A DNA stretch of 64,000 bases from Raillietiella orientalis (taxonomy: Eukaryota). How positions within the stretch are numbered: position 1 is the stretch's first letter; every line of letters begins with the position of its first letter. Below, piece by piece: positions 26,408 through 38,329 of this stretch. The notes beneath the pieces were generated by a model that had not been told where the DNA came from, ran no database searches, and was given only the letters and a program-made list of their open reading frames with translations. Position numbers and translations under genes: made by a program. Where the stretch lies: contig JAYWIR010000026.1 of assembly GCA_036172245.1 (NCBI GenBank), positions 434,001 through 498,000 of the forward strand. Direction: 5' to 3'.

Positions 26408-26625
26408 AAGTACGGAGTTCCCCAAAGTTTTCCCGTGACGGGACACTTCGCAAACCCAAACCGAAATTTCAAGCGGAACACCTCGGTTATTTTATAGAGG
26501 GCAGGTAGATATTAAATAATCATACAAGTAAATATAACAAGAGTCAAGAAAAAAAAACACAATTTATTCTCGAAATTGAATCACATAAAGCAAAACACAT
26601 GAAAATCGTACAATAAACTATACAG
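26408..26625 (+). repeat. Diverged AT-rich repeat, inverted partner of 20485-20682
   Basis: See the partner copy. Confidence 0.8.
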
Positions 26626-28249
26626 CGTTTAAAATATATGTCGGTTATTTGTCCTTACCATAATAGTGTACAACCTTTGAGAGCCCCCTTAGATAAGGGA
26701 AAATTGTAATTAAATGCCGAATATAAAATGTCTGTTAAAAAAAAATAAATGTCATGCTTCTCCGCGGAACACTTATGGCCTTTCCGCGGAGCAGTGGTGT
26801 TCAGCGGGCCGCCGTTTGGGAGACGCGTCCTCGAGTGGGAGGAAGTGGGACGAAGCACGCAGCCGGAAACGTGTGGAGAGGTGGCCGAAGTTTCCCAAGG
26901 GGGCCGCCTGCGTTTGCCGGCGCAGCCCCTCCTGGGATGGGGAAACCCCGCGCCTTCGGCCACCTTCCGCGGAGCTTCCAGAAATCCCCTCATCCCTGCC
27001 GGATAAAAAGAAAAAAAAAGGCGCCTCGGGCGGAGGGGATTTTTTCTCCTGTCCCCTTCCTGGAAAGCGGGGGATCCTTGTTTCAGGGAGAGGGTCAATC
27101 CCGGGTGAATCTGCCGTCCGGAACAGAAGCGGGGCCGGCGAGGGCCGCGGGCGCCTCGCCCGCAACAATGAGCCCGAGCGGCGCACGTGACGCGTGGACA
27201 AAAGTAGGGAGAGAATGCCGGCCCTAACTCTATACGAAAGAGAAAAACAGGCAAAAAAACACACACGCGCGCGCACGCACGCACGCACGCACGCCCGCAC
27301 AAAAAAAAAAAAAAAAAGAAAGAGCGGGAAACATCGTGGGAAAAAGAAGCAGATGTTGGACGTAGGTAATTTGTGTACGGGTTTGGAAATTGTGCCCAAG
27401 AAAGATTGTTTAGCCTGAAGTAACACAATTTCTTTCTGATGAGCTTCCCGGTGGCTCGCGCAGGTTCAAAAGGTCTTCGTTCGAGGCAGCTCCTCTTTTC
27501 CCGCCGAGGGGGCGCTCTCCGACGTTTATCCCAATTATCCGTATCGTCTCTCGGGAGCATAGAGATTTACGCCTCGTAGTTACCGGTCCGCTACTCCCCC
27601 GCGCGAGACAAGCGGCTCCGGGGAGACCTCGGGAGCGATGACGGCGCCTCCGTCGAGATGGGGACGTGGGAGGAAGCAGCGTCACCGTAGAAATCCCGAA
27701 TTTTTCTTTTTGTCCCCCCCTTCCCCCTCTGTGAGAGGCGCGTCCGGCCGCGACTCCAAAGCAACCGTCCTCCGCACTCTGACTCTACTCTCTCTCACGG
27801 TGACGGGCTCTTCTGCTCCCCGAGCGGAAGTCTCCCAGAAGAAAAGACGCAGCCCGGCGCTCGGCAACCGCCGCCTCGCGCTGCCCGTGGATCCCGCTCG
27901 CGAGGAACCGGCTCCAGTCCCTGTCGAGCGTCCGTCTATCTCCAAAACACATCTGATATCGGGCTCGAACATCCATCTTCTTTACGATCCGGGAAGCGTC
28001 AGCGCTCTCCGCTTGCTGCGGTGATGGATGAGAACATCCGCCGCGCCGCGGACCGCGGACCGCGTCCCGCGAACCAACTGCGATAAGCTGGCGGCTGGCC
28101 CGCTCCGCGGTGCGGCGGTTTCACACGCGGCCCCCGACTGCCGCGAATCCGGCGGTCGAGGAGCTGCTGCCGCGGAGTTTCTCGGGGCCGCGTGCAGGAG
28201 GGCAGGCAGCAGAGCCACCGCCGGCCACCGCGCAAGAGGGCAGGCATCC

Positions 28250-28620
28250 CACCACCACCTGGCTTTGGGATCCGGACGGAATGGCCCGCAACGAAAAGCC
28301 CGTGGTGTTGATCTCCGAGATTTCGGTGCTAACGCGAGGGGGCGGCGTGACCGTCCCGTGTCCGACGCGAATGTCCGGCTGGGATCGAATCGTCAGACCG
28401 AGGAAGGGGGAGGGGAATCTTCCATGTTTCGGCTGCGTTTCGATCTCTTCGCCAAGGACGCACCATCTCCTAACCTCCTCGGGAGACCACACCCTTTGCA
28501 CGCAGGTGGGAGTGCCTCTACCCAGCCCGAGCTCCCCACGCCGGAGAGTGGGATCCTCGAAGCAGGCAGCACTGCTTTTCCGTTCTGAGCGTCCCGGTGC
28601 AGGGCCCTCACCCAAAGAAC
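28250..28620 (-). mobile_element. Possible second, more decayed RLE non-LTR 3' end
   Basis: RALHRDAQN...ACKGCG (knuckle), RSQPDIRV (PD motif) and VVVGCL in different frames. Confidence 0.3.
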
Positions 28621-28682
28621 CTTTCGACCCGCGGACGATGTCTAACGGACGTCTGATGCTGCGGTTCAGGCACAATTATTCA

Positions 28683-29500
28683 GTGAGCTTTGACCATTCT
28701 TCCGCAACTATTCCCCTGTTCAGATGGGGCGCTCGTCGCCCCTCAGCCCGTTGCTTCCTCGGCTTCCTGTCCTCCGTATCGCGAGAGCTGACCGCTGGGG
28801 TTATCCGGCTGCATCTGGCTGTCGGTCTTCCGCGTGACGCGGGGTGCATAGATGTCGCTGGAGTGCCGGATGCGCGAAGCCACCATCCGGTGCCTCATCG
28901 TCCCCAAGGGTTTCATCGGAATCCCAAGATCATGAAGCACTTCATCGATTCCTGGATCATAGGCTCCCAGAGAGCCCACGATGAGAGCACGCACCCTGTG
29001 TTGCATTCCCTCTCAGCCTTGCTAGGGAGTCGCTCCCTTGTGCCTTTCCTGTTTTCTCCTCCTGGCTGCGCTGAACGCCTCTCCTCCACGCTCGTACGGG
29101 CAGCGGACGTCCAGCACCAGGAACCGGTTTCCTTTTTTCATCACAAAGTGCGGTCTTAAAAGGGCGTTCGCTCCGGGAGATCTCTGGTTAGTGGACACTA
29201 AGGTCCCCTTCGCTTCATCCACTGACGCCTTGATGAGCATCTCTTGTCGTGCAATGGACAGATGAAAGTGTTTCCTGCATCTGCTTACTATGTGAGACAA
29301 CGTTTCGTCTTCTGTCCGACAGCGCCGACACGCACGTTCTCCCGGTTTCATCCCGGTCCCAGCTCTGACTGGTAGCCTGGCCGCGTGGATGAACCTGGAG
29401 TCTCAGGTGACCACCATCGGAGAGGAAGAAGCTTGAGGCGTGATGCATGCCCACAGACTGCAGGGCCTTTCCTTGGCTGATGTGTTTCTGGACTAGGGAT
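28683..29500 (-). mobile_element. 3' portion of a NeSL/Utopia-clade RLE non-LTR retrotransposon (CCHC knuckle plus restriction-like endonuclease), frameshifted
   Basis: SSFFLSDG / RFIHAARL...CRRCRTEDETLSHIVSRC...LRPHFV...VLDVRCPYE.G.EAFSAARRRKQERH / ALIVGSLGAYDP..DEVL..LGI...MVAS.IR.S.DIY. Confidence 0.85.
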
Positions 29501-29579
29501 TGCCATGCGTGTTCCCTTTGCAGTGCTCTCGCGATTACTCAGTGCTCTTTCATTAACCTTCTTGTCGGCCGCGCGCTCA

Positions 29580-29748
29580 CCTCCGGGATTCGAACCCGCA
29601 GCCTCACGGACGACGCACGTTTTCTCTCTCTCTCTCTCCTTCGTCATTGGGGGTGGGGGAACTCGAGCCTCCGAGCTACACAGGTCCAAAGCATTGTTGA
29701 GGTGTGGACTTTCCTTTTCCAGGACGCGCCTCCGGGATTCGAACCCGC
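29580..29748 (-). other. Two tRNA T-arm/B-box-like motifs (SINE-head remnants)
   Basis: CCTCCGGGATTCGAACCCGC at both 29580-29599 and 29729-29748. Confidence 0.6.
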
Positions 29749-32700
29749 GTCCTCCTACTCGCCACCGGGGGATTTTTCGCAGTCTGCGACAAGCCTGTGA
29801 GGAGCGATTCCCGGCGTTGCGCGGGGGAGGCATCGTTACAAGGCCACCGCGACGATCTGTTAATGAACCTCTTATATGACCATGAAGTCCGCCTCCATTG
29901 TCCTGATGTTCTTTTTCTTGCACTCGGAAGAGGCAACAAACTGCAAAGAATTTTCTCTCTCTCTCTTTCCTTTTTTTTCCTTTCTTTTTTGATCTGCGTA
30001 AATGCGCAGTATTTTCTCTCTCCCTCCCTCTCCTGCCCTGAAAGATACGAGTTTCCTGGTCCGAGGCAGTTTCTCCTTCCCCCCTTCAGAAGGAATGGCT
30101 AGCTTGAGATGATGGATTCCACTTGGAAATCGAATGGGACACCTCGAGGAGGTGATTTGCATATCGAATTTGAGGGTTTCGATCGACGTGACTCACGGAA
30201 GTCGCCGGAGCGGGGAAAGATCTAAACTTTTCCGGGAAAAAGCAAAAAAGTCGGATCTTCTTTTAGAAACCTCGAAAAGAGAAAATGCCGTGTTTGCCGG
30301 AAGGTCTGCTCGGCACACAACCGGCTCCTCATGGTCCCGGAGGAGACGCAGGACGCGACCGCGGATCAGAACCAGGGGGCCGAAGAATCTCTTGGGTTTC
30401 GCGCCTGCAGCATCGAGCAGGGAGGGCACTTGTCGTGGGGACGCCCCCAGGTTACGCAGGGGCGTTCCTCGTACTACTTGTAACCGCATGCATACGCACG
30501 CACGCCGAGTCCTGCCGAAATCCGAAGAATTCGGGATGGGCTGGAGAGGAGCCGGCTGACTTGCTCGTGAGGGCCTTCGCAGGGAATGGGAGGGGGGAAG
30601 GGGTGGGGACCAAATGGAGAGACAAAAAAATACATAGCTGCTTAAGTGGGGGTGGAACGGTATTCCCCTGTGGTCCTCTGCATCCTGTGCTGGGTGGTGG
30701 TCTCGAGTTCCACCCTCGAATGCACTAGAGGAGGGGGGAGGGGGGAACGACGATCAGTGATGTTCCCGCGGCTTTTGATTCTTCCGTCTGAGGAGGCAGC
30801 AGATAGCCGCGGCATGCACCGCCATGCTACTCACGAAGCAGCTCTTTTGCATGTTTCCTGGGGCTGTCCACTGGGAGCAGAAGGACCGTTGCGAGATGTG
30901 CGCACTCTCTTCCGAGGACAAAGCGGACCGCAAGCATGCAAGGAGGGAATTCCACCTTTCTGTATGTTGCACAGTTCTTCGGCTCAACGTGCGCCTCAAG
31001 ACTCGCTTCGGCCACGAAGCTGCTATGGATCACCATGGCAACCGGTTTCAATATACAGTCGTCTCCTTACTCAGAATCGCAGCGAAGACTCCCAAGCTAG
31101 TTTCCCTGTCAAAATTTTCAGCCCGCACCAAACGATCTCTCGGTACGTGACGATTGTAAGGTACGAGAAAAAAGGGGTCGCAAGGATACCTTGTTGCCCC
31201 TGGGCTCATCGTCATCATCAGGCATCCTCGCTCCTGGTTTCGGATCCTCTTCGTGCCGTGTCGGGATTCGAACTCCGTGCCCCAGACCATGTCCCGGTCG
31301 AGGGAGTAGCTGGGCCGACCCTATCCCAGACAAAAACTTGTGAGGGGATCAGTGGTGCCAGAGCTTTCCGCATGTGAATGAACCCTCCAAACTGGACCGT
31401 TCTGATAACGCCGCCTGGACCTTCCGATACTCTCAGTGCCGCTGCTAAGCGCCCTCTGCTCCACAGAGAAGGACTTGCGCACCCGAACCGACACTTCCCT
31501 ATACTTCCCTTGCAAGGATTCCGCCCCTACTCCAGGAAACCACCCGACATCCCACAATAGCGATTTGACCCCACCGCACTCTTTCCTGCCGCACTTTGCT
31601 CGGAAGCGCAGGCTGGTTCCCCCGGTGCAGGCTCCTCACCGAAACGCGCGAGGGGGGGGGGGGCGAAGCCAGCAATCGTTGCCATGGGCAGCGAACCGAG
31701 AGTCGGATCGATCTCCTGGCAGGAAGCATCCGTTTTTAACGCTGACTTCGAAAGAGGGAAACAGAACGTCAAATTGCGCGTACATGCTAATCTTTTTTGT
31801 ACGCAGTGCAATTAGAATTGTACGTTGCTGAAAGTGAAGGATAAAAGAAAAGAAACACCAGGGAAAGCCGGTGTTTCGTTTGTAAATGAGGAATGGGCGC
31901 GCATGGAGTTCTCGTCCTCTCTCTCGAGAATTCAGTGCCGTGCGGGGTGACGTCACGCGAGGATCGGTCGCGTATGGCAACACAGAAAACTGCAAAGGTA
32001 GCATGAAAAATGAAAATTTTGCTTTGTTCTCAGTTGGAGTTTGCGCCCAAGGTGAGGAATGGGGTTCATTCGGACGGCGTCAGAGGGGCCTTTTTTTTTT
32101 TTTTTCAAAAAAAAAAAGAATGAGCTTCGGGAAGAACTCACCTCCTTGGACACCCTCGGAGGTGCAGGAAGTCGGTCAAGGAGTTGCGCCTGCCGTTGCC
32201 TAGGTGGGCAGTCGAGGTGCCTTGCATCCCAGAAGGATGGCACGGTGAGGCAAGGATCTTCAGAAAGGACGAGTCGACCTCGAGGTCTTTCCGCCCGTCT
32301 CTCCCAGTTCCCGGATCCTGTTGCAATCCAGGACTTTCAAATGGCAAATCGCCTTCCCTTCGCTGAATCAGAACGATCTTACGTTTTATACGGAATAAGC
32401 TGCGCTTGCGCAAGAACGTTACGCATCTTTACAAGAATAACAGGTGGAGGAATCACCAGGACCTTCCGTAGGATGCTGTTAAGATGAGATGCGAGCGTAT
32501 CAAATTGGATTTCCAGTTTGACGCACCTTTGAAGCATTGAAAGTTCGTCCATTTTTTTTTTTTTTTTTGTTTTTTTTTTTTTTTTTTTTTTGTGGAAGAA
32601 AAAAATCCTTGGCTCTCCGCCGCCAACTGTTGAAAACGCAAGTGGAAGCCATGGCGACGAAAGACCACGCGCAGAAAAATGGCCGCGGCTGCCAAGCTAC

Positions 32701-35556
32701 CACCCGTCATAGACGTTCTGTGGATCTGAACCTCCTGTTGAGAACAGGGCAGCTTCTATGATCCACAAAACGGTCCAGGTGGTCATCCCAAACGAATCAG
32801 AGTTGAACCGAACCGATACGCACTGCCGACGTGGTTGTTCACAGCATGCATACTCCACGATCCATTAAATAGATCTTTGGACCCAGAAAGAATAAGAATG
32901 GAAGCAAATTGATTGTGATAGAAGGAGGAGATTGCTTTTGGCTATTGCGTTTCAGCTGGTCCATTTTTCATTCTTAGGGAATGAGGCCAACGCGCTGTAA
33001 AGCTGCTGTCGGACACACCAAGCGCCGAATACATAAGCTGTGCGTCGTACCGTATATCTACTCGACACAGTAAATTCGTACATGCCTTTCGTAGAAAACG
33101 CACCGAGCTTGACCCAAACGTCGAAATTCCCTGTTCCCTCCCCCTCTCCCCTCTTCGCCTCTTTGAGTCCGAAGCATTTATTTCAAGAGATAAACACGAG
33201 CGCCCCAGAAGACAACGCTGCTTTCTTTATCAGCATCCTTCGGGCGGGGAGCATCATCTTTCTCAGCTTCTTGCCGAGCCCGGGCAGCTGAAATGACAGC
33301 CGACGGAAACTCGGCCTGCGAAGACGTGCGAAAGCGTCTCCCCGGTCCACGCATTCGTTTCCTTCCTCCGCAGATCCGCGCGTCATCGTGAGATGCATTC
33401 TTCACCTCGCAGCTTCCCTCCGCCTGTCGTTCGCGGGGCTGCCCGGGTGGGTTCGCGAAGCCACGGGCAGGCACGCAGCAGCCTTCCCCTACTAATAGCA
33501 TCCGCGCAAGCAGCCGTCGGAGTTTCCCTGCGAATTTAGTAGACACCGACAATAAAAATGGAGGAAAGAGCGGAATGAGCCCAAGAAGGATGGCGACACT
33601 TTTCCCACGGTGGCGACTCTCGAGTGTGTTATTGCTGCAGGGGCCGCGCTCGCATGCGTTCAGGCGGCACACCTGTCGCGCGATCTTTGAGCGGGAGAGA
33701 GGAGATAATCCCGACACGGAGCATCATTGATTTCATGCGCAGGGAATCGTAAACACGCGTGTATAAACATCAATGATCTGGGAGCGCCTTTTTGTTTGCC
33801 TGGCCCGTCGCCTGCTGACCCGTAGATAAAACGAGGCGGCGGCTCGCCGGCCCGGCGTGCCGGGAACGCGGGCGCGAGCAGAAATGGGCTGCTGCCCATT
33901 TCTGCAGGAGGGAGGAAATGAACACATATCTGTCCGGGAATCGATGGAATTCCCGACCGCGTCGACCGAGCGGAGCGCCCCTCGAGACCGATTGCACGTT
34001 CGCAGCATCCCACCGACGGCGCTGCAAGAGAGAGAACGGGGAAATCGCTGGGTTGCGGGAAGCGGGGGAGGAGGGAAAGGCAGAAGAAGGGGAAGAAAGG
34101 TCCCGTGATGCGGGATGGACGAAAGAAAGGTCCTTCCTCTTCCGCAGCGAGCGCCCGCCCGTAGTCCTCGCGTGTTGGACGATTCGAGCGCTCGCGCGGA
34201 AAATTCGCAGCTTCGGTTTCGAGGAGGGAGAGGGAGGAAAGTGCGGCCCTCCCCCCTCCCCCTTCTCCTGAAGACGGGGGCGGTTCGAGAGCTCCGCGAG
34301 GTCCGCGCCCACACGCGCTGCCGGGCCCAACGCGGCTCTCACCTTTCCGAACACGTCTTCAATCGGGACGAAGCGTCTCCGTGAATGTCGAAGAGCACAC
34401 GCGAAACGCGGCCGGGTTTTCCATCTTCACCCCCTCCCCCCTTCCCACCCTCTCTTCTGTGGTTTGGTCGGGCCGTGCCTCTCGAACCGCACCGATTTTT
34501 TCGACAACTGCGCGATCCTCAGGAACGCCTGTCCGGACGCCCGAATGGACATTCCGGCGGGGCGGAGGACTCCGTGCCGCCTTCAGCAGCGCCAGCGGAA
34601 GCGCGAAAGGCCGATTGGAGAAAATCTCCGAAAAAAAAAAAAAAACAAAAAAAAAAGCACTCTTTCTTCTTTTCTCGGTTTGTTTGTTTTGCGCAGCTTT
34701 GGTAGAGCGGCGCAGCGCGCGTTTCGTGCCTTCCAAGAGGCATCCGCGGGGCCGTTGGCTGTTTTTCACACACGTGGTTTGCTTTGACCACTGCCCCGAC
34801 GAGAGACCGCAGTGAAACACCACGCAGCGTTTCCGACTTCTTCCTCCCCGTGGACGTACTCTTCGCGCGAAAGGGAATCATTTCGATCGCCCGAAGCATC
34901 TTGGCCACCAAGGGCGTTTCCCTCTGCGGCGCCTCCCTCACCGCTTGAGCCACCTGGAAGCCGAGGAGGGACCTTTCTTCCGCTCTGCTTCCCAAACCAC
35001 CGAGCCACCCTGTTCCTTCATCTCCTTGGGTACATTCATCCCGCGAGGCATGAAAGGGTGCGGATGGCACAGAAGGATGAACGGTGAAAGCGAAAAAAAG
35101 CGCGCCTGAGAGGAGACGAGAAGAATCCTCACGCCAGGAAGCTGGAACAGGCGAGCATGGATGACCTTTGACCTTCCACCTTGAATTCTCAACACACGAA
35201 ATTAAGGATTCAGTGATGACCGAATGGCATCTCACCGTTCTGCAGTATTTAATTAGCACGTATGAAACCACAGGAATACCCAATTTAATTCCATTAGAGT
35301 AGTCGTCCATCAATATCGCAACGCAACGCGAGTACATTTCATGAATCCATCGTATTTATATTACACCTGGCACAAAAATGTAGCACCGCAATCTTTGAGG
35401 GGAAATGAATTACATGAGCTAATTTATGTTTACGATATTCATCGATACATAATGATCCACAGCACGGCAGGGGGTAATCGAAACGTGGAAAAGGAAGACG
35501 CAATCGGCTGCGTAAACCATGAAAAAAAGAAGAAAAATGAAGGAAAATTTGCATAC

Positions 35557-35938
35557 CTCCGCCGTACACAAATGGAAAATCGCCTTCTGACCTGATGTTT
35601 CGCATTCTTCTTTGCCCGACTTTGAGATGAAAAGCAGCTGGTGCAACCCTGTCCTCGGTCCCCTGCCGCGAAACCCCAATCCCCTTGAACAGTGGGTCCT
35701 CCAACGCAAGATAGGTGGAATGTCAGGATGCGTGCGCCCCACGCCCACGGCCTCCCGCTGCGCTTTGCTGATCCTTTCGGTACGTACGGTGAGCTTCCGT
35801 AGGTGACGTGGGGGGGTACACGAATCCACAGTTGGTACAACGCGGAAGATGGGGAGACCAGTGGACGACGGTGGCGAAGTGGGGCTCGCATAAGAAGAGG
35901 TGGAAAACGCACCTCCAAACGGTTACAGCAGTTTCACT
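35557..35938 (-). pseudogene. Possible decayed Ig (I-set, Dscam-like) pseudo-exon
   Basis: Acceptor ttttgtctcAG and donor GAG/GTATGC flank SETAVTV...EPHFATV..SP...C..G..YP...RKD and a frameshifted EDRG.HQCF. Confidence 0.3.
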
Positions 35939-36523
35939 CTGAGACAAAAGCCATTTCACTCGAAAAGAAGTGAAATCGGAAATGCGTGTTTGCTGTTTCA
36001 CTTCGATACGGGCAGCGCGAGGGCGTAGGTCCGTTGCCTCGGTAACCACCGCGAGGCGCGGCGCCCCCCGTCAACGAGTCGGTCGCGCGAACCTTCCCGA
36101 CGATTCAACACCTCTGCTCCCCCGTGGGTGCGGATTTCGAAAGGCTTTTCTGCTTGCTCCCTGACCCCTCCCCCCCCCCCCCCCCAGCGTGAGGGCCATC
36201 GCCAAGATCGAAGATCAGGAACTGCGCCGGGAGGACGGCGCCATCTTCTCTGCGGTTTCCCACAAACAGCGCCTTTTCCGCAGCGCAACTCCCCGCTCGT
36301 CCGAAGCAGCAGCAGCAGCGAAAAGAAAAAAAAAAGGGAAGGAAAAAAAAGGAAAAAATGGTGGAGGCCACCGGAATGACAACGTAGGAAGAAGAAGAGA
36401 TGCATTCTGATTCTGCGTATCGGTTCAGCTGCTGCTTCGAGCCATCACGTAACAAATGAGTGCTTTTAATTCCTCCCTTTCGCTCCGAGGCGAAAGAACT
36501 GCTCAGAGGTCCGAGGTGCATTT

Positions 36524-37223
36524 GCTGTGCTTTTAAAGACGCGGTTGGGCACGTCGAGGATGCGTTCCGCGCCGCGCGGGTCCCGTGAGTGGACAGCAGG
36601 CAAGCGACGGTGTCAGCGAAAAGACAGAAGGAGTGCCTTCGGACGTTATGACGGCAGGAGGTCCGTCACCTCGCTGCGAAACGTTTGCTTCTCGTTCAAC
36701 TCGACGGCGAAAGAAAAGGAAAAAAAAATTCGGCAGCTTTGTGGATGGAGGGACAAACCAAAGTTCCCGGTTCTCCGCTCTCTGCCGTTCCCGTCGCCTG
36801 GAGACGGCGCCCTCCTTTCGCCGTTTCGCCGACGGGGAAATTTTGAGCGGAATTCGACCCCACCGAAATCGGCCGTCCCTGCTCCTTGCAGTAAACCCGT
36901 GGTCGCCGGGCCAGGAAGCAGAACTTGGCTTTCTCCGCACGCGGTGGGTCACCTCGACGCGCGAGGAGGACCGCCGCCCGCCATTTCCTCGTCGCCGCGC
37001 GACGCGCGCGCACGAGGGGTCCGCGTCGCTCAGGGGTGCCACTCGCTGCAGGCCCCTTCGCTCGCAGGATCTTCCTCCACGAAGCGGATTTTTCCGTAAA
37101 GGAACGCCCGAAGGCGCGTTTTCTGTCTTTTGACGGCGTCGCCGTGCCAGCTGCCCGCCCACAGGTCTCGTACTGCGCGGAACGCGTCTTCGACGTACCT
37201 GGCCGCGTCTTTAAAAGCACAGC
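36524..37223. mobile_element. 700-bp MITE-like element with about 125-bp imperfect terminal inverted repeats
   Basis: Perfect 21-bp inverted match GCTGTGCTTTTAAAGACGCGG (36524-36544 / 37203-37223); similarity continues inward to about 36650 / 37095. Confidence 0.7.
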
Positions 37224-37329
37224 GAATCCATCCCGGAAAGCCGGCTTGCTCGGGAGGTGGCAAAGAGGGACACGCCCGTCACCTGCGGCTGTTCCACGAC
37301 CTCGGAGGTGCTCGCAGGTGGCAAACGGG

Positions 37330-38150
37330 AGGTGCTGGGGAGAGGGGGTGCAAAGACCAGCTTTCCGGACCGCCACCATCCGCAACCACAAGCGAAGGAC
37401 GCGCGTGAAGGCAAGAACTCGCGGCTGCAAGGCGTCCTGCCAAAGCGGGGGTGCGGCGTTTGCCATCCCGTTGGCGCCGGAGCGGAAAGCAAACGTGTCG
37501 GATGCACCCCCAGAAGGGCGGCGGATCGTCGAGAGAGATCTTCAAGCTGGGGGCAAGGCTCGGAGGAGGAAGGGTCACAATGTAAACACAGGAAAGGGGT
37601 TGCTTTGGCGGCGTGGCTCACAATTCACTTGGGCAACGTCCCCACTTCCCGGTTCGGAGTCGAAGTTTCGGGAGCAGATTTTCGGAGACCGGAACGGCGT
37701 GAGGAGAATTCCGGCGAACTTGCGGCTGCCACGGGGAGTGCCGGGGAACACAATTCCTCTTCTCCAGGAGAGACGGGTGCCGGCAGGCTGGCCCCCGCCC
37801 CCTTTGTGGAGCGCTGCAAAGTCCCATCGCTCCCCTGGAACGCATCTCGGGATCTCCCGCGTTGATCTCGCGACCGGCGGTGGCACACCCTGCTGAACGC
37901 GACCCCGAGAGGGGGCGTGCGCGCGCGAAAGGAGGTGGACGCGCGGGACAAGGGCAGCCGTATCACCGTTGCGCAAGAGGACGGTCGCTTCGAGAGTCTG
38001 CCAGCAAGGCCGCTTTCCCAAGGGAGGGGGAGGGGACGGATCGAAGGTGGATTTTCGAAGTGGTCGCCGTCAGAGACTCCTTCGAAGACTTCCCGGAATG
38101 TACTCAGGGGAGCGGCACGAGAAAGAAGATGGAGGGAACACACGAATCAG
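37330..38150 (+). mobile_element. Decayed BEL/Pao integrase fragment
   Basis: RTRVKARTRGCKASC...PLAPER (RxxVKxxIxxCxxC...LPxER), TIHLGNV (AIHLExV) and RRIPANL. Confidence 0.4.
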
Positions 38151-38329
38151 GCCCAACTGCTCCCGCAGTTCCGGATCTTCCACATCCAAGAAGCGCGTTC
38201 ACGAAAAGCTGCATGGCGTTGCGTGCAGGGGATGCTCAGCATCGCTTCCTTTATCTTCCTTACAGGGAACTGCCCCCAATCGAATCTTCCGTTCACGGAA
38301 GCTGCAGCTCGCCCTTCCCCTATTCAGTG

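Noticed and set aside
27436..27465. CTGATGAG plus a short stem resembling a hammerhead ribozyme core
   Set aside because: The required GAAA after stem II is absent; the same applies at about 54919
28110..29159. 349-aa plus-strand ORF
   Set aside because: Antisense to the RLE relic; GC-rich and Arg/Pro/Ser-biased
30860..31020. piggyBac-like Cys-rich domain (RCEMC...VCCTVL)
   Set aside because: Incomplete Cys/His pattern and no upstream transposase sequence
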